Below are positions 59,120 to 64,000 of a stretch of 64,000 bases of DNA, in pieces. Every line of letters begins with the position of its first letter. Within the stretch, counting starts at the first letter, position 1. The notes beneath the pieces were generated by a model that was not told the origin of the DNA, did no database searches, and was given only the letters and a program-made list of their open reading frames with translations. A program made the translations under genes and the position numbers. Origin of the DNA: Azolla caroliniana (taxonomy: Eukaryota > Plantae > Polypodiophyta); the NCBI GenBank assembly GCA_043228905.1, contig JBHGNT010000017.1:15686001-15750000 (forward strand). The letters are read 5' to 3'.

Positions 59120-59959
59120 TATTCTAAGCTAATTACGATAAAAGGGAGATAGACAGAAATGGAGTGATGACGAAAAGAAATATGTATTAAGATAAAGAGA
59201 TACAAGAGAGACTTACTTGGAGGAATCAAGAATGGTGTTGAATTGGTAGGATTCGACAAGAGTGAGGGGGTGTCATTACATATAGACTATGGGTCACGGA
59301 GAACTTTAGGAAGTTCCAGAATGTTAGGGTTATACTAGTTATGATATTATGTTATAATATAATATCAAATAGCTTAATGGTTAAGTCTTTGCCTATGTAT
59401 ACATTTAGTAAGTCATGGTGGCAGTAGGACCAAGTTTGTTGGGGTATTGACAATGAAATTCTTCACTAGATCTAAAGCATTTTTGTTAAATTCTCGAAAG
59501 GTTGCCACGTTTGATCATTTGGATCATAACACAAACAATCCACCAAATAATATACTTTATTGTGTAGGATCCTGGAATCAACAACCATTGCAACTTCACA
59601 TTCAAGACCAATTAGCAAGTTGGATAGGAGGAGGTGGTGGTATCACGCGATTCAGAATAACGCTTGTGGCACAAGGTTTGAGAAAGGAACAATGAAACAT
59701 CGGGTGAAGCCGCATATGGGAAGGGAGATTAAGACAGAAAGACTCCTCATTAATCTTTGATGAGTCTATTGTAAATGGTTCAGATAATTGATAATCAAGT
59801 TTATCACAAGGTCATGTCGTTCTCATGTGTTGATGCACTAACCATACACGATTGTCAATGTGAAACATATGTTGAAGATAAGGACAATCTACAACACTTT
59901 TGTGGGATGCTACCGCTTGTTGTAAATGATTGGAAACCTTTGTTTGAATTTGTTGCACT

Positions 59960-61729
59960 TCTACAAGAATTTGAGAAGCGCTTCGCACGACTCTCTGCTC
60001 TCGATAGGACGGTGCTCGACACAAGCAAGGTCCTACTATTCATAAAAGTTGTTGATGCACGAGACCGAGAGAAGGTGGGGCTCCTCCTCGAAACTGATGA
60101 TGGGCTCATGAAGGATTGGGCTATGGTAAAACGGGTTTGTAGTCGCTTCGATAAGAGAAGGGAATGGAACGACGGGTCTCCATTGAGTGGCCAAATATCC
60201 ACAGACTCCATTAGTGAGACACACGAACCCAGGGTGGTAGAGAACCTCAAGAAAGAGAGCAAGAAAATGCAAGGTTCTTCCCCGAGAGAAACATGGTTGA
60301 AGCACCGTCTGGAGGGTCGGCAATAGACTAGCTCACAAAGATGGTGTGAGATCTTCAAATAGCACAAGCTAGGAGAGAGAGTGACGGCCCTTAAGATTGA
60401 CGTCCCCCGTTCGCGCAAAGATGTATGTGGTGCGACAATCCCGACCACCTACGAAGGGAGTGTGGAGACTTTCAAGAGGTCCTAAGAAGGAATATTGTCT
60501 ATCTTTGGAACAATAGGGTCTGTTCAACGGAGACAAGGCGCCCCTTGGGATTGAATCAAGGCAGAGGGGGCATGAGAAGGCTAATGGAGGAGGCCGAAGC
60601 ACGACATGTTGAAGCAGCCCACTACTTGGTGTCGGCTGGGATCCAAGTGGGGAAAGAGGTGAGGAGGCAAGAGGAGGACTTTTGGCCGTCAATCCTTGGA
60701 AGCCTCTCTAGGGGAAAGTTCAAAAGAGAAGAAGCAGATGAAGCGGAAAGAAGGGTCCAAGAAGCAACCAGGTGGAAGGATCCGGTGGAAGAAAAGACGG
60801 GCTTAGTGGAAGTCGCTTGCCAAAACTATGAAGTAATGGTAGAAGAGAAGAAGGTAGGAAATGACGAGGGAGCCGGTCCATCAAGGAAATACGACGCTCG
60901 AGGTGCACGAAGAAGGGAAGAGACGAACCAATCTCAAGCACGCTGTTGTGAGGATTTTCGGCCATGGTGAGAAAACCAAGTGGGATGGATAAAATGGGGA
61001 TGTGCAACATTGCACATGCACTTAGAAGATTTGTAAATGAAACAAATGTAAAAAAGGAAGGGTAAATGTAAGGTGTTAAATGTGCACTACAAAAATTGAT
61101 AAAGTGTAAATGTGATGTGCACTTATGTGCACATGCACATGTAGACTAAAGGGGGAGAGTACATAAAGTACGGGTGTAGTGAGTAGTGGGCATAATGTGT
61201 GTGAGGAGAGGGAGTTAAGGCCTCATCAATCTCTCCTCCTAAGATCAAGGACAAATATTCCCCCATTGAAAGAAGGGGGGGTTGACCTCTTCTTTATGTA
61301 ATGTGCCTCACCCCTTACTACTATAAAAGAGAGTGAGGGGCCATTTTTGAGGGGCTTCCAGTTTTGGGGTTTCTTTGGGTTGCCATTAGGGTTTCGGAAT
61401 TTTGGGTTTTAGGATCTCATTTTAGGGGTTTCATTCATCATCATCTTCTTCTTCTTTTCCCCTATCCGGTTAGGGTTTCATCTAGAGGGTTTACATTCGA
61501 CCTACAACCACGGTTGTAATTGGTGTGGTGTTTTCCATAATGTATCTTGTCTTGATCTTATTCTCTTGAATCTTAATCTTTCTCTTCCTTCTCGGAAGAA
61601 CTCCCAAGCTTCTCTCCCTCCTCTTATTCCCTAGTCCAAAACCCCTGTGGTCCCGTCCTATTTGACACGCCCGCGTGGATTTCCGCGACAACGCGATGAA
61701 AGATGGAAAGAGAAGGGGAACCCCCCAAC
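59960..61729 (+). mobile_element. LTR-retrotransposon gag remnant with CCHC zinc knuckle, interrupted by a solo LTR
   Basis: EFEKRFARLS...KVLLFIK...; CMWCDNPDHLRREC; the frame SQAR|DERWKEKG is restored when 60944-61690 plus one TSD is removed. Confidence 0.65.
60944..61690 (+). mobile_element. Solo LTR with ACGC target-site duplication
   Basis: Termini TGTTGTG...CGCGACA, ACGC on both flanks, TATAAAAG at about 61322; no PBS or PPT adjacent. Confidence 0.75.
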
Positions 61730-61817
61730 TGTTGGAGACAAGGTCGTCTATGCGGAAGATCAAGAAGCATTCGATTCTGTTCTGTACCTGCGTATGACAG
61801 TTTCTAGGTCGTTGCAC

Positions 61818-61876
<59 letters not shown>

Positions 61877-64000
61877 CACAAAACGACTCTTTCTATTCCA
61901 TAAAGCAATAATACAACCCAACCTTACAAAAAGGTTACAAGGTCACTATATATAGTGACAGACTTAGGGCATCTACCATTTATGCTAATTACACAAATGG
62001 CCCAAACTTGATCTATACAAAGGGATAGTGTGAATACGTCCATTATACACTTGTATTCGACACTCCCCCGTAATGGGCGTATACATGGGTTATCTAAGAT
62101 TACAGGCATAAACCTAGGTTCTCGGACATATCAGTTTTGTTCGAGTCGGCAGGGTCCGAAGGCAGAAGACCGAACTGGTCGGGTCGGAAGAGTTGAAGCC
62201 GATCATTAAGGAACTGATGTCGGTTGTCGGAAACCATCCTGCGATGTGTCTGGCTCTAACCGGACTGGTTTGTCGTTACGCCCATCTGATGCCGAAGGGA
62301 CCGAAAGCGGTCTGCCGAAAGACACTTGGTCATTCCATCTGCGACATTGTCGGTTGTGGATATTTTCTCTAGACCGATTTTCCCTGAAATGACGCAGTCC
62401 CGAACGAAGTGATATCGAACGTCGATATGTTTGGAGGCGTTGTGGTGAACCGGATTTTTCGACAAGGCAACAACACCTTGACTGTTGCTATAGACAACTG
62501 GGGCCGAGTCATGGTCGACTTGTCGAAACGTGTGCGCCAGCCGGCCGAGCCACAAAGCTTCTTTTGCAGCGTCGGACGCAACTACATATTCTGCTTCGGT
62601 CGTTGAGGTCGCTGTGCACTCCTGAAGTTTCGACTTCCACGAAATTGCTCCATTGCCGAATTTGAAGCAGTATCCAGTTGTTGATTTCTGACTGTCTATA
62701 CAGCCGGCGAAGTCCGAGTCGGTGTAACCGACTACGCCTGTAGTTGAGTTCGGACCGAAAAGAATGCTGTGGTCTTTTGTGCCAGCCAGATATTTGAACA
62801 CATGCTTGACTGCGTTCCAATGCGATCGGCCAGGATTGTGCATAAATCTGCTAACGACTCCTACGGCATGAGAAATATCAGGCCGTGTCGCGACCATCAG
62901 GTACATAAGGGAGCCGACTGCCGGTGCATACGGTACCGACTTCATATCTTCCCCCTCCGGACCGGATGTCGGGCAGTCTCGCTGAGAGAGCCGAAGATTC
63001 ATGGGGAGCGGGGTTGAAGCAGATTTGGCTGATTGCATGTTGAAGCGTTCCAAGACACGTCCGATATAGTCGGTCTGAGACAAAAAAAGATGTCGTTGAT
63101 CGCGATGCCGACTAATATTCATGCCAAGTATGTGTCGTGCCGGACCGAGGTCCTTCATGGCAAACTTCAACCGCAGTTGCCGAATGAGATCGGCAAGTTC
63201 GCCTGCGTGGCGTCCAGAAATTAGCATGTCGTCCACGTAAATGATGAGGAAGATGGGTGATCCATCTTGAGCTGTGTTGGTAAAAAAACAATGGTCCTCA
63301 TCGCTTTTTGAGAAGCCGATCGATTGGATGAAGTCGTCGAACTTCTTGTACCATTGTCGCGGTGCCTGTTTGAGGCCGTATAGACTCTTCCTGAGTCGGC
63401 AGACTAGATGTTCTTGGCCAGTTGCCACGAAGCCTTTTGGCTGCTCCATATAAATTTCCTCTTCAAGATCACCATGGAGGAATGCTGTTTTGACATCTAG
63501 CTGAATCAGCTCCAAGTTGTCGGCTGCCACTACGCCGAGTAGAAAAAGAAGGGTTGTCATTTTCACCACTGGTGAAAAAATCTCGTCGAAGTCGACGCCA
63601 TATTCTTGTCGGAAGCCCTTCGCAACTAATCTGGCCTTGTACTTTGGGGTGGTCGAATCAGGCGTCTCTTTTAGTCGATAAACCCACTTGCAAGGAAGAG
63701 CACGTCGGTTCCTAGGTAATTCGACCAGATCCCAAGTCTTGTTTGCCCGAATGGAGTGCATTTCCGACTCCATCGCCAGATGCCAGGTGGCGGAATCGAC
63801 AGATGTCGATGCTTCTTCGTAAGACGTCGGTTCGCCGGCGTCGGTGAAGAAAATTTCAGGAGAATACCTCTCCGGAGGTTGCGACAGTCTCTCGGATCGT
63901 CGAGGTATGATTGGACTGGTCGCATCGGGTATCGAGGTCGGATGGTCCGAAAGCTGCTGTGCCGAGTCAGAGTTGTCCGAATCGGTAGTGTAAGGTTCAG
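61730..64000 (-). mobile_element. Ty1/Copia element 3' part: RT and RNase H, PPT 62063-62070, 3' LTR 61730-62062; continues beyond the window
   Basis: Minus-strand PPT CGGGGGAG followed by an LTR TGTCG...CCAACA containing a (CT)n tract. Confidence 0.9.
62256..63773 (-). CDS. Copia reverse transcriptase and RNase H portion of pol (uninterrupted 505-aa ORF)
   Basis: [62 protein letters not shown]. Confidence 0.9.
   Translation of the reverse strand: MESEMHSIRANKTWDLVELPRNRRALPCKWVYRLKETPDSTTPKYKARLVAKGFRQEYGVDFDEIFSPVVKMTTLLFLLGVVAADNLELIQLDVKTAFLHGDLEEEIYMEQPKGFVATGQEHLVCRLRKSLYGLKQAPRQWYKKFDDFIQSIGFSKSDEDHCFFTNTAQDGSPIFLIIYVDDMLISGRHAGELADLIRQLRLKFAMKDLGPARHILGMNISRHRDQRHLFLSQTDYIGRVLERFNMQSAKSASTPLPMNLRLSQRDCPTSGPEGEDMKSVPYAPAVGSLMYLMVATRPDISHAVGVVSRFMHNPGRSHWNAVKHVFKYLAGTKDHSILFGPNSTTGVVGYTDSDFAGCIDSQKSTTGYCFKFGNGAISWKSKLQECTATSTTEAEYVVASDAAKEALWLGRLAHTFRQVDHDSAPVVYSNSQGVVALSKNPVHHNASKHIDVRYHFVRDCVISGKIGLEKISTTDNVADGMTKCLSADRFRSLRHQMGVTTNQSG

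Noticed and set aside
7191-61875. Simple microsatellites (GT, CT/GA, GAA, ATATG) at about 7192, 10242, 27338, 34990, 38187, 55895, 57480 and 61825
   Set aside because: Ordinary simple repeats; ORFs across them are artefacts.

Overview
Eukaryotic land-plant genomic DNA, probably from a non-seed vascular plant such as a fern or lycophyte (inferred from the retroelement types and long introns; not proven). It holds three apparently intact host genes: a single-exon DnaJ/DUF3444 gene (7348-9597, -), a 4-exon RDR2/RDR1-type RNA-dependent RNA polymerase (28373-34385, +, about 1149 aa, CSGSDLDGD) and a 16-exon copine/BONZAI gene (39801-52568, +, about 575 aa, one GC-AG intron). Nests of Ty3/Gypsy, Ty1/Copia, LINE and DNA-transposon sequence separate them. 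The most unusual observations are: (1) a colinear 267-bp decayed copy of RDR exon 2, 2.5 kb downstream of the gene and joined to TE sequence, which could be a self-targeting siRNA source; (2) related ACATAGC/CATGCCA repeat arrays in mirror orientation at both edges of the 16-kb TE island between the divergent DnaJ and RDR genes; (3) tRNA-like Pol III boxes inside LTRs; (4) an internally inverted chromovirus, a Copia with a duplicated PPT, and an LTR with both a PPT upstream and a PBS downstream. All coordinates and alignments were read by eye; no database searches were run.
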